From contig JABLTG010000034.1 of the NCBI GenBank assembly GCA_016618085.1, positions 1 to 64,000 of the forward strand: 64,000 nt of DNA, written 5' to 3'. The notes under the pieces are model-generated. The model made no database searches, was not told the origin of the DNA, and saw only the letters and a program-made list of their open reading frames with translations. The DNA is from Neovahlkampfia damariscottae (taxonomy: Eukaryota). The translations under genes were made by a program, and so were the position numbers. Positions 21,085 to 34,080 of this stretch are shown here, piece by piece; positions within the stretch are counted from its first letter, which is position 1; the number at the start of each line of letters is the position of its first letter.

Positions 21085-23325
21085 TTATTTATAAATAACA
21101 ATTGATTTATCTTCAGTATCAAGTGAAATTGTATCATTTTTAATTAATTCTTCAATTCTTTTTCTAATTAATTTTGGATCACATTTTGATGATTTTAATG
21201 ACATCATTACATCAGTTTGAAGTTTTGTAATATTTAATTTCTTTTTTAATTTCATTTCTTTGACGATAGCAGCATCAATGATTGGAATTTGTTCAGTATC
21301 ATCAGATTTACTTGTTGAAGAACTTGAAGAACCAAATTGAATAGTGAATGATGATTTATCTGATTTAAAGTATTTGTTAACTGTAAATACATCATCATCT
21401 TTAATATCTTTTTGATCTCCTGATTTTACTAATACTTTATATTTTCCTGCATAAAGTGCTTGAATATTTCTTTTCATATCTTTTTCATTCACTTGAGTTG
21501 AATCAAGTATTTTTTTAAATGTTAAATTTGGATCTTCATTAACTAATGTAAGAACCATAATTTGATAGGTTGAACAACTCATATCATATTCACCAAGTGC
21601 AAATATACCTTTGACATTTCCAACTCCAATTGTTGATTGCCATGTAATTTTTCTTCCAGAATATGAATCAGAATAAAATTTTTCAAATGAATCTACACAT
21701 GACTTTAATTCTTTTGGTAAAACAGGATTTGAAAGTTGAAATGAAGGCCATGAGTTTGTTGTTAAAATATTAACATTAAAGTCAATATCTTGTGGTTTTG
21801 ATTTATATGCTTTATGTTTTTTATATTGTTCTCCAGTTTTTGATGAAAGTTTCATATCATTAAGCATACCTTCAATTTTAGCAGTAAAAGCATATCCTTC
21901 TTCTAATTTTAATTTGGTAATGAAATATCTTTCAGCAGCCAATGAAGATTCAAAATCATCTCTTGGTAATAAAAGTCTTTTTGACATTTCACTTTTATAA
22001 TTATTTTCAAATACATTTTTATCAGCTAACATTCTGAAAAATACCATTCCTCTTTCTAAATCTTCTTCAACTTTTTTATCAAATTTTTTAACATTTCTTT
22101 TGAAATTAAAAAAAAAAAATAATCAAACTTGATCATGTAATCCAAAAATTTTGATAAAAATTCGGAAAATCTTTGGAATCCATTAACACAACTTTCTAAT
22201 GCATCATTAAGTGATTTCATGAAATTAGCATTTCCTTTGAATGATTTTTCAATAACTGTATCATATTTAACTTTTAAGTCAAAAAGTCCCTTTTTTTTAA
22301 AAATAAAAATTCTAACTTGAATGTATTCTATAGGTTTACTTGCTTTTGAGACATCTGATACATAATCTAAAGCAGTTTTGTTACAATAAGCTTTGAATTT
22401 CTCTCTTAATACTTCAAGATGTTTTGGATGGAAAGAAAATAATTCAAACATTCTTTTTAAGTCTTCATATTTATCATTTGCAATAAGTGTTTGAAATCCT
22501 TCATTTGTAGATTCTATAATAAAGTCCATATGTTTACTGACCAATTCATCTCTGAGAATTTCTTCAAATTTTTTACGTGTTTGTTCAATCAAATACCAAT
22601 CAATACGACGATTTTCTTCTTGTACTTTTAAATGAGCTTTTTCTAAATATTGAGGAACAGTTGATTGTGAACTAATTTCTTCACCATATGATTTATAATG
22701 AAGTCTTGTAACTTTCAAAAGTTCTTCTTCAAGAAAATCTTCATAAGCTCTAGTATCATGTAACATACGAACTACACTGCGGAGTAACATTTTATCAACA
22801 CTTTCACCAGCTCTATCTTTTTTTATTTCAGCAAGAATAAGATTTTGAACTCTTATTCCTTGTTTAGAATCTTTAAAAACAACTGTTTTGAAAACTTGAA
22901 CTCCATTATCATAAATTGGGAGTAGTTTTTTTGAAACAACATAATTTCTGTCCTGTAAAAAAAATAAATAAATAGAATGAAAAGAAGTACCAAATACATC
23001 ATTAAATCTCTGACCATTTGAGTTGCTTGTTTATATTCACCCCAAATTGATGTAACGTCTTTTAAAAAAGTTTCGTCTGGTGAACTAACAATAGGTTTCA
23101 CAATAACAGATACCCTTTCTGTGAGAGTTTTTTCAATGGAATTATATAAAGTTTCACCATGTCTGTTCAAAACCATTTCATAAGCAGAACTAAAATTTTA
23201 AAAAAAAAAAAAGAAAAAAACCGGTAAAGCTCTTCATAAGATAAATCACTTGCATTTTTATCAAATACTTGATTTATTGCAGTATCTAAAACGGACCAAG
23301 CTTGTTCTGGGAAAACTGTAGTCAT
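21085..23325 (-). CDS. Cullin (cullin-3-like), multiple introns
   Basis: LSYEELYRSAYEMVLNRHGETLY, DKNVFE.YK.MSKRLL, KIEGMLNDM, ILTTNSWP, YSGRKITW, IDAAIVKEMK. Confidence 0.9.
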
Positions 23326-23480
23326 TAAACTTTGAGTTTTTTTTAGTTTTATTAAATAGCCAATGAAAATGATTCTTTTACTGATTGGTCAAAAATAGAT
23401 TTTTTTTTACAAACAATTTTTTTGGAAAAGAAATGGAGATTGAAAATTGAATTATTTGAAAGAAGTTGATGTTTCAATAA

Positions 23481-24731
23481 TTAAATTTTATTTTTCAAAA
23501 ATCTTTCTTCTTTCAAACCAAGCCAAGTCAACGCGCTTCCAAATAACATTTTACTTTTTTGTTTATCACTACATTTATGTTCCAATATTAATTTACCAGG
23601 TTCAAGTTCACCAAGAGGAAATGGATAGTCTGTTCCAAGACAAATTTTATCTTCTCCAATACAATCCATACAATATTGTAAATTTTGAGGTGAATTCACA
23701 TGAGAATCAATCCAAAATTTTCCTAACTTTATAATTTTAATCATTTTTTTTTTACATATTCTGAAGGATCAATTTTGTTGTCAATAGCACATAAATCTGG
23801 TCTAACTTGAAATCCATGACTGATACGTGGACAGGTAAAAGGAAAAGAACCACCACCTTTTGAAATTTAATACAAAAAAAACAATATTTACCATGAGCAA
23901 ATAAAAATCTTAAATTTGGTAATTTTTCCATGACACCACTAAAGATTAATGAACTAATTGCATAAGCAGATTCCATTGGCATTCCAACTAACCATGGAAG
24001 CCAGTATTTTTCCATTTGTTTAGCACCTAACATATCCCATGGATGAACAAATATTGGACAATTTAAATCAGCACAAGTTTCAAAAATTGGATACAAACTT
24101 TCATGTGATAAAGGCATGTCATTAATATGACTTCCAATTTCTATACCAGTTAAACCTAATTCTTCAATACAACGTTTAACTTCTGAACATGCTAATTTAG
24201 TATCTTGCATTGGTACAGTTCCTAAACCAACAAATCTATCAGTGTGCTTTTAATTTTAAATTTGATTTTATTTTTTTTTTTACTTCTTCAACTGATTTAG
24301 CAATATCATCATTAATTGCTTGTGATAAATACAAACAATCTTTAGGTTTTGCCCAGTATGAAAACATTACAGGTACAGTGGATAACACTTGAACATTCAC
24401 GTTTGTGCTTTTGAATTTAAAAATATAAAAAAAAACTAACTTGTTCATATCATTAATTCTAGCTTCAATATCCCAACAATTTGCTTCAATTTCACGAAAG
24501 AATTTTTTTCCTTTGTACATTTTTGCTTTATGAGGCTATTTTTTTATTTTAAAAAAAAAAAAAAAAAAACCCTTTAAAAAAAATTTCAACCAAACTTAAA
24601 AATTACTTATGATGTTCAAGTGATATCCAGTCACCATAACCTACTTCTTCTCTCATTTTTGGGATGTCTTTTGGTAAAATGTGTGTATGCACATCAATAC
24701 TTGCAAATTTTGATTGAACAGTGGTACTCAT
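23481..24731 (-). CDS. ACMSD: 2-amino-3-carboxymuconate-6-semialdehyde decarboxylase
   Basis: [56 protein letters not shown]; several introns. Confidence 0.95.
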
Positions 24732-24913
24732 CTTGATTGGTTGTTCCAATCAACCAACAAATTTTGAAAAAATTTTTTTTTTCCAGAATGAAATAATTCC
24801 TTCAAACTCACAATCATCCGAAACTAGAAATTCTATTTTTGGACACAATTCCAAATAAAATGATTGGCCATTGTAATTTTTTTAAACCAATTAAATTCCC
24901 CTCTATCAAAAAC

Positions 24914-27058
24914 ATGTCTGAAGAGAAGATTGAAGAAACCGTTAAAATTGAAGAAAAGCTTTCAACTACCAAACCAATCCGTAACCCAAACTGGAAAGAA
25001 GAAAAACTCATGGAAACACCAGAAAAAGGAGTTACAACAGTTTACGAAATTTTTCAAAAATCTGTAGAAAGAAATGGTGATAGACCTTGTATGGGAACCA
25101 GACCACTGATTAAAACACATGTAAAAGAAGTTGTAACAGATGGAAAAACCAAGAAATGGGAAACACCTGAATTTGGCGAAGTAAAATACAAAACTTACAA
25201 AGAAGTCGACCAAATTGTCACAAAATTTGGTGATGGTATTATGAAATTTACTTCCATCAAATCTGGAGACAATTTTGGTATTTATGAAGACACAAGACCT
25301 GAATGGATGCAAAGTGCTTTGGCTTGTGCAAGACATTCTATTCCAGTTGTCACATGTTATGCAAGTTTAGGAGTTGAAGCTCTTGTCCACGTTGTAAATG
25401 AAACTGAAATTGTTGGACTTCTCTGCAACTCAAAATCAATTAAATTATTAGATTCATTAAAAGATCAAATGCCAACACTTAAATATTTAATTTATACTGA
25501 CAAATTGATTGATAAATCTGAAAAATATGAAATTCTTTCATTTGAAGAAGTTATTAAACTTGGTGAAGAAAATCCAGTGAAGGAAATTGAAGCACCAAAA
25601 CCAGAGACTATTGCTTTCTTAATGTATACTTCTGGTTCAACTGGAGTTCCTAAAGGAGTAAGACATTTAAATACATTGAATATTTCGTAGGTTATGATTT
25701 TACATAAAAATATTGTTGCTTTTATTGGTTCTGTCAATTTTATGTGGAAGTTTACTCCACAAACAGGTAAGAAACGAAAAATAGATTAATTTTTCTTAGT
25801 CTATATTGGATATTTACCTTTAGCTCATGTCTTAGAATTAGCTGCTGAAAACACCATTCTTCAAGCTGGTGGATCTATTGGTTATGGTAATCCAAGAACA
25901 TTAACAGATAAAGGAGCAAAACCATGTGGAGATATTAAAGCTATTAGACCAACTCATATGGCAGGAGTTCCAAGAGTTTGGGAAACCATTAAAAAAGGAG
26001 CTCTTGAAAAAGTAGCAGCATCAGGTGGTGTCAAAGAATATCTTTTCAAAACTGCTTTTGCTGCTAAATTAGATGCTGTAAGAAATCATCAAGGTAACTA
26101 ATTCCTTTATTTAAAAAAACTTTAAGATACTCCATTCTGGAATTGGTTGGTATTCTCAAAATTACAAGCTGAACTTGGTGGTAGAATGCAAGCAATGATT
26201 TCTGGAGGTGCACCTTTGAACAAAGAAACACAAGAATTTGTAAAGGTTTGTTTTGGAAGTATTGCTCAAGGATATGGATTAACAGAAACATGTGGTGGAT
26301 TGGCAATTCAACCATTAGATAAGTTTACAACTGGAAATGTTGGTCATGTTCTTCCTTCATGTGAAGTTATCTTAGAATCTGTACCAGATATGAATTATGA
26401 TGCAACACCAGATGAAAAGAGTGGTAAAAGACCAGAAGGAGAAATCTTAATTAGAGGTCATAACGTAACAGCTGGATATTATAAAAATCAAAAAAAAACT
26501 GATGAAGAATGGAGAGATGGATGGTTCCATACAGGAGGTTTGATATTTTTAATTTTTAAACAAAAAGATGTTGGAAGATTAAATAAAGATGGTACTATTT
26601 CAGTTATTGATAGAAAAAAAAATCTCATCAAATTATCACAAGGAGAATATGTGGCACTTGAAAGTCTTGAAATGTGTTATGGTGCATCACCTTTTGTTTC
26701 ACCAAATGGAATTTGTATCTATGGTGATTCACTTGAAGATCATATTATTGCTGTAATTATTCCACAAAAAACATATATTGAAAGTTGGATGCATGAAAAT
26801 CATATGTCAGAAAAATCATATTCAGATGTTTTAAATGATGAAAAATTGATTAATGATATCAAAAAAAGTTTAAAAAAATTGGCAACTGAAGGTAAAAAGA
26901 AATCATTTGAAGAAGTTGTTGATTTTAAATTATATGATGAAGAATGGACACCAGATTCAGGTCTTTTAACTGCTGCAATGAAATTACAAAGAAATAATAT
27001 TTACAAAAAATATGAAGAAGATTTAAAAGCTATGTATGCATCAAGAAAAAAAAAATAA
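24914..27058 (+). CDS. Long-chain fatty acyl-CoA synthetase
   Basis: YTSGSTGVPKGV, YLPLAHVLE, QGYGLTET, WFHTGD after removing intron 26538-26567, IDRKKNLIKLSQGEY. Confidence 0.95.
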
Positions 27059-27089
27059 AATACTTAACTTTATTTATTTTTCCGCTCCA

Positions 27090-27543
27090 ATGAAAAAATT
27101 TCAACGATTTCTTCCAAAAATGAAAGGAGTGAAAATAGACTCCTCTCTAAACAATTTACAATGCCAAGTGGATGAGATTAAATTACTGAAATCAAAAAAA
27201 GAAATTTGTTTCAAATTTAGAAACTTTGAAAACCCAATTAAATTTTCTTCTGAATTTTTAAGAGTTTATTCACCTTCAATCGAGTCAATGAGTGGAAATG
27301 ATATTGATACAAGATTAGTATTTCAAATTCCATTAAATATTTTAGTTGGTTTATAAAAAGAAGAATGTAAAAATAGTATCCATTGAAACTGTTGGTAATT
27401 ATGCTATCAGAATATCCTTTGATGATAAACATGATAGTGGTATTTATAGTTATTCATATATTTTTCAATTAGGTGTTCAAAAATACACATTATCAAAACA
27501 ATATTTGAAAAGTCTGAAAGAAAATAAAAAAACTAGAATTTGA
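27090..27543 (+). CDS. DUF971 / gamma-butyrobetaine hydroxylase-like N-terminal domain protein
   Basis: SEFLRVYSPS.E and VGNYAIRISFDDKHDSGIYSYSY; one intron; basic N-terminus compatible with mitochondrial targeting. Confidence 0.85.
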
Positions 27544-27601
27544 AAGTTTGTGCGCAAGTACAACTTCGATATAATTGACAATAATGAATCAAATTTTGTG
27601 A

Positions 27602-30600
27602 TTAAATATTTATTAAAAAAGTTGAAATGCCAGAATTTAATTCAAAATTTTGAACATTTCTTCCTTCATAATCTTTAATTGAAGTTATAAATTTCATTTT
27701 TTTAATTTCTTTTGGTTTCAAAAATTTGAACATTTTATCACTTTTTATTTCAATTTTCTTATTTGTTTCGAATCGAATCAAAATTTGATTCATTCTTAAA
27801 AATTGAAATGAAATCAAATGTACATTTAAATTCCTTTTTGATAAAATTGAAAATTGATCATTCATCTCATCATTTTGATCTTGTTCAAATTGAAACATTT
27901 CAATATTATGATTCATTTTTAAAATTTCTTTTTCTTTATTTTTGATATTAAAAAATATTTTCATTTTTATTTTTGATTTTGTTGTATGAGAATTTGATTG
28001 AATTAATCCCCTTTCACTTATTCTTGTTGGACATCTATTCAACATAAATTCAATTTCATTTCCAAATTTAGTTACACCCATTGATTGAGATACTAAGAAT
28101 AATACATTTTTAAAGAATGGACTACTTGATTTATTTAAATACACATTTGATGTGATTGGATAATAATTTGAACTTAAAATTTGAAGATAATTATAATTTC
28201 GTTTAATATGATTTAATGAATTTCTATCAGTATAAAAATTAAAATAATTTGAATTTAATTTAAATTTAGTAATGATATCTTTATCTTTAATACAATTTAA
28301 ATTAAAATTAAATTCTAAAAATGATTCTCTTTCAAATATTTTTATATTTTGTTTCATGAATGAATTTGAATAAATAATTTCTTTAAAAATAAAATTCTCA
28401 TTCATTTTTATATCTTTAAATTTTTTAATTGATTTTGAAAGATATTTTGGATTTGAATTAAAAATAAATATAAAACTAATTATTGAAATTAAAATAAAAA
28501 TTATAAATCTTTTTAATCCAATAAAAATAAATGAAATTATTGTCAAAATTATTCCAAAAATTAAACCAAAAGTTGAATCAAATTTAAGTATTTTAAAATA
28601 AAATTTAATTGAAAATGAATAAAAAATGGAATAAAAAATAAAGAAACCAAATAAAAAACCAAAACTTAAAATAAAAAAACGAAAGTTTCTAATTCGTCCA
28701 TCTTGTGCAAAATTAAAAGAATTTAATTTTGTTTTAATTCTTGTAAAACAAATGAATTGATTAATTATTAAATTTAAAATAATTAAAATAATTGAAGTGC
28801 AAATAATTCCAATAAAAAATTGAATAAAAAAATAAACACCAAATTCAAATCTAAAAATATATAATCCATTTGAGAATATAGAGTTTAAAGGTGAATTATA
28901 AAGTTTAATTTCTTGAAAGAACTTTATACTTTTCTTTTCACTTTTTAATTCTACATAATTCAATAAGTGTTTATCTTTTGTAAAGTATAATTTTAAGTTT
29001 TCGTTTTCAACAGAACTCAATAATTTATATTTTATATTATTAATCTTTTCTTTTTTTTTTTGTTTTTTTATTTTATAAATTGAATATCCAATAGGAGGTA
29101 TTCTAATTTTAAATACAATCTTAAATAAATCGTCTTTTAATTTTTGTATCAAAACTCTTTTCAATTTATTTTTTCTCCTTAATATCTTTATATTATTTAT
29201 ATTTGAATAAATTTCAATGAATTCTGTTCTATCAAAATTTAACGAATTAAAAAATAATAAATTTATAGATTGAATTGAATTATTAAAATATAATTTTCTA
29301 CTAGTTGATTTAAATTTTCCTTTTTTAAATATATTAGACAATGAATATTCATTCATTTTATTAATTAATGATTTATATTTTAAATCAACATTTTTATAAT
29401 GAGCATAAACATCATCACTAAGAATATTAATTATTTTCTTCAAACCTATGAGTTCCTGTAATGGTATCATGATGCTTTTTCATTTAAAATTAAATTATAT
29501 TTTTTACTTGGAGTAATGAATTATATTCTCTTAATTCTTTTAAATCATTAAAATATTTTTCGTTCCATTCTTTTGAAACTAAATTAGAAATAGAAAATAA
29601 AAATTCAACATTTCTTAAATTTGAATCATTTTCTTTGATTATCTTTTTAATATCTGATCTTAATGAATAATAACCACTCCAATAATCATAAGGGTATTGA
29701 TCCTATTGGATATATTTTAACCAATGAATTTAAACTTACCACATAAGGAAAGAAATCTCTTTTCAAAGAAACTCTTTTTAATTTTTGATTTGATTCAATT
29801 ATTTTCTTAAAATACATTGAAATGGTTGAATATTTTAAATTATAATTTGAATTTAAATTAATAAAATTAATTAATAAATTCATTCCTTGAAATTGATATT
29901 CTGGTTGAATAAATTTAAAATCATCACCCCAAATGAATAAAATATCATTTTTTGATTTTTGATGTTTTTGTAAAATTAAAATATAATTTAATAATTTTTT
30001 ACTCATTTCATTTAACCATTCTGTTGTATTTTGATAATTTGGATTCCTTTCAAAATCAAATAAACGAGGAGGTGAATACTATTTTTAAATTAGAAATTCA
30101 ATAAAATGAATACATGATCATGTAATACATGTGTCAATAAATCACCCCAATAAAAATCAAGATTTGAATTTAATTTAAATTTAAATTTATGAAAAGAATT
30201 AATTCGATTCAATAATAAGTATTTTATACCCATTTCTTTAAATAAAATTGGTGTGACTTTATTTTAACCAATAATATTTCATTTACCTGTTGAATGTCCA
30301 AATGAATCAATTTGCCAACCACATGTTACTGTATAATTAAATTCTTCTTTTAAATAATGATGACCAACTATATATTATTTTTTTTAAAGAATTACCTGAC
30401 ATTTGATTTATTATACTATGATATGGTACTAATGCTTCATCATTTTCAACACTTCCACCACCCTATAATTTAAATTTAGATTTATTTTTACAACAAATTC
30501 AATTTGATTCCTTTTTATTAACACTTTTATTATTTCTTTCCACGTCAAATTATTTGAAAACTCAGGCACATTCTTTCCATTTATTTCTACAAATTTCTTC

Positions 30601-30849
30601 AAAAAGTAAATAACTTCCCAATGAAAAGTTAATTCTTTTGATAAATAAAGAAGTTTAAATGTCTTTTCTAAAATTTTCATTGCATGAAATGTTGAAGAAT
30701 CAACACTCATTAACCAATCTGGAATTTATTCAACAAATATTTGTGTTACCTGTATCAACATGACTGTGTGGTATTATATGTATATTAATAACAGAATTGG
30801 CATAAAAGAACAAAAAAAAAAAAAAGAGTTTGGTCAAAACTGAATTCAT
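27602..30849 (-). CDS. Divergent GH38 alpha-mannosidase-like protein with an internal multi-TM insertion
   Basis: IIPHSHVDT, GGG.VENDEA, GWQIDSFGHS, WGDDF, YWSGYYSLR, HHDTITG, FYTDRN, NYYPI; many introns, exon structure approximate. Confidence 0.8.
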
Positions 30850-30906
30850 TTTTCTTTTTTCCAAAACATCAACAAATCAATTTGATTGGACAAAATTACA
30901 AATCAT

Positions 30907-32652
30907 TTATTGGATGAGTGTTTCAATAAATTCTGATAAACCATCCAACAATGAACTAAAATAAGAATTACCTGAATGTGCTTCCCTTTTTATCACTTGA
31001 CAAAATATTTCAATTCTTTTCTTTGGTGTCAAAAATGAAGCAGAATCAAATTCTAATGAAAAGAAATCAATATAGATTTCATTCAATTTTAATTTTTTAT
31101 CTTTAACATTCATTAAATAATTTTTTAATGACTTTTGTAATTTCTTTTCAATATTGATTGGTTCTTTTGATTGATAATGATTTCCCCTTTCTTTATTTTT
31201 AACAGAAATCATTTCCAATGTTATTTTTTTTTCAATTGAAATAAATTCACCCATATAATTAGTATTAGTTTCATTTTTCATGATTGAATTTAAAAATTGA
31301 TCAAAAGTACCAAATAATTTTTTGTACCCCAAAATTTGTTGTGTTACAAAATATGAAAAATTTGAAGAAATCAATTTTGAATTTGAACCATAATATGCAC
31401 CTAACAATGATCCAATCATGCATCCAACTGTATCTGTATCACCACCTTGCAATGCAATAAATTTTAAAATTGACAAAAATGAATAATCATTTTCTTTTGT
31501 TAAAATGATTGAACTTATGACAGATGTAATAACAGATGCCAATGCAAATCCATCATTACATGAATATATTGTCTTTTTAGTGCAACTTTTTGCAAAATCT
31601 AAAATCAATTTAAATATTTTGTTCATTAAGATTTCTTTATCTTTCATTTTTGTTTGACAAAGTAAATGATAGATTTTAATATAAATCTTTGATGTTAAAT
31701 TAAAATCACTTTCTTTTTCTCCTTTAAATAATTCAAATTTTTGTATCTTTTTTTCAAATTTTTGAACTTTCAAAATCAATTGTTTTAATTGTTCAATTGA
31801 TGATTTATTTAAAAAACTTGAATCATTTGGATCAACCCATTTTGATAGTAAATAACAATATGAATATGCTGGTATTAATGCTAATGGTGAATTTGAAGTT
31901 AAACATGCATTTTTAATCAAATCATATTCTAATACTTCTTCTTGATCTTCTTTCATTTCCAATGCTCTCCAGGATGCAATAGCTATAGGTCCACATCTCA
32001 TTGCTACTCCATTACCACCTCTATTCGAATTTTTTATTTTTATTTATTTTACGTATTTGATGATGCATCAAAATCAACTCCTTTCTTTTTTAAAGTTTCA
32101 ACTGTAGTTCGAAAATTTCTACCTGTACCTCTAAAACCACCATATTGATAATCATCCAAAGGATATCCTGAATTTTCGAACCAATTTTGTGAACCTAATT
32201 CAATCCATAATTGTTTGATATAACAGTTATCTAATTCACCATTACATATATATGATTCAATAAAAGATAGAGACATTTGTGTATCATCAGTATGTATTAA
32301 TCCTTGTGGAGCAAGTTTTTCTTCGTATTTTGGTTTAGACCACATTCTTTGAATAAATTTTGAGAATACAATAAATATTTCTTTACTTTGAAATTGTTTC
32401 AGGTTTTTTTCCTTCAATAGAATAAATAAAAAATGAATTACCTTCAAATGGTGATAATAACGCATCTCCAATGCACCCACTGAATCAAAAGTTAGTTTCT
32501 TTTTTAAAAAACCCTATCAAAGAGTAAAGTCCTGAAGTCCATTTATTATCAAATAATTCAATTTTATTATCTTTTTGCGGTATGAGTCTTTCAAAAGAAC
32601 ATTTTTCTTCCAAAACTGAAGTAAAGTTGAAGTTGAAGTGATGTTGGTTCAT
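30907..32652 (-). CDS. ADP-ribosylglycohydrolase (ARH/DraG family)
   Basis: IGGCIGDALLSPFEG, HTDDTQM, GNGVAMRCGP, GGDTDTVGCMIGSLLGAYYG; three introns. Confidence 0.9.
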
Positions 32653-32740
32653 CACTCTGGAAAATAATTTGATTGGTCAATTCTATGAGTTAAATTGAAA
32701 TTATACCATCAAAAATGAGTTTATTTCAAAATTTAATCAT

Positions 32741-33154
32741 TTAGACTGTTTTATTTTTAACTTCATCTTTAGGAGGAAATATGAATACCCACCAAATTAA
32801 TGCGAAAGCAACAAATAGGATCGATGGAAGATATTGAACTGACATAAATGGTTTATGAGGAGCAATAAATTTATCTGCATACCAAAAACTACCAAAATGG
32901 AAAAGTCCATAAAGAAAGTTTGATTGTACTGCTAATTTCTTCATTTCTGAATTACCTAATAATCCCTTTAAGCAAATAAATGAGACTAAAAGATCTCCAC
33001 TAGCTACTGTACGCACCCAAAATATTGAAGTTGGATTAATATCTCCAGAGAAGAATTTAATTGTACCTTCAGCGAGAAACCAATATAAAAATACAGAAAT
33101 AAAAGAACCAGAACCATAAACAAACAAGTATAAATTCAAAAATAAGTTGTTCAT
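32741..33154 (-). CDS. Small four-TM hypothetical membrane protein
   Basis: Hydrophobic ORF; the ATG at 33154 lies downstream of a CCAAT box near 33200. Confidence 0.7.
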   Translation of the reverse strand: MNNLFLNLYLFVYGSGSFISVFLYWFLAEGTIKFFSGDINPTSIFWVRTVASGDLLVSFICLKGLLGNSEMKKLAVQSNFLYGLFHFGSFWYADKFIAPHKPFMSVQYLPSILFVAFALIWWVFIFPPKDEVKNKTV

Positions 33155-33239
33155 GATGTATTTGTTGAAATCTTCAAAAAGTAGAGGTTGGTTCAGAATG
33201 ATTGGTCTAGAATATTGTCCATTCAAAATTGTCAATAAG

Positions 33240-34012
33240 ATGTTGAAGCAGAAAAAACTGATTCAAAATTTTGTGAGATCTTATGCAAAGAAAAATAAAA
33301 AAGGTGGTAATGAAGAATTAGCTGAAGTTGTGTTTGATACCAAAGATTTGAGTCCAGTAAGTTAAAGTTTATATTAACTTTCAAAAAAGAAAATGGAAAA
33401 ACAAATTGAATTTTACAAAAACAATTTGAAAACAATGAGTTTTGGAAGAGTAACAACTCAACAACTTGAAAATATTAAAATTAAAATTTCAAAAAATGAA
33501 TCTCATCCATTAATTTCATTAGCAAGTATTATTGCAAAATCACCAAGACAAATTATAATTTCAACTTTTGATAAAAATGTAAATTATTTGAAAATATTAA
33601 CAAACAAAAAAGATTCTTCAAGTTGTGTTAAAAACATTAAAAGAAGCAGATTTAGGATTTAATCCTGAAATTGAAGGTTCACAAATTAATATCCCAGGTA
33701 TTTAAAGTTAAATTATTTTGTAAATATATTTAGTTCATCCAATGACAAAAGAAATTAGAGAAAATGGTGTTAAATTGGCAAAAAAAATTAGTGATAAAGC
33801 AAAAGATGGAGTAAAAATTATTTATATTTTTAAAATAATAGATTAGAAATGTTAGACATGAAGGACAATCAAAATTAAAAAATTTAAAAAAAGTTTTACC
33901 AAAAGATGAATTTTTTGAAAAGGAAAAAGAATTAGAGAAATTAACCAAATTATATGTTGATAAAGTTGATGATCTTTTAAAAATGAAAGAAAAAGAAATT
34001 ATGAAAATTTAA
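33240..34012 (+). CDS. Ribosome recycling factor, probably mitochondrial
   Basis: Presequence-like MLKQKKLIQNFVRSYAKK, GRVTTQQLENIKI, LGFNPE, PMTKEIRENGVK, IRNVR, KEKEIMKI; four introns. Confidence 0.85.
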
Positions 34013-34080
34013 ATTGGAATAAAAATTTTGGATTTTAATTGGTCAATTGGTTACATAAAAATTTGTAGATTTCAAAAAGT

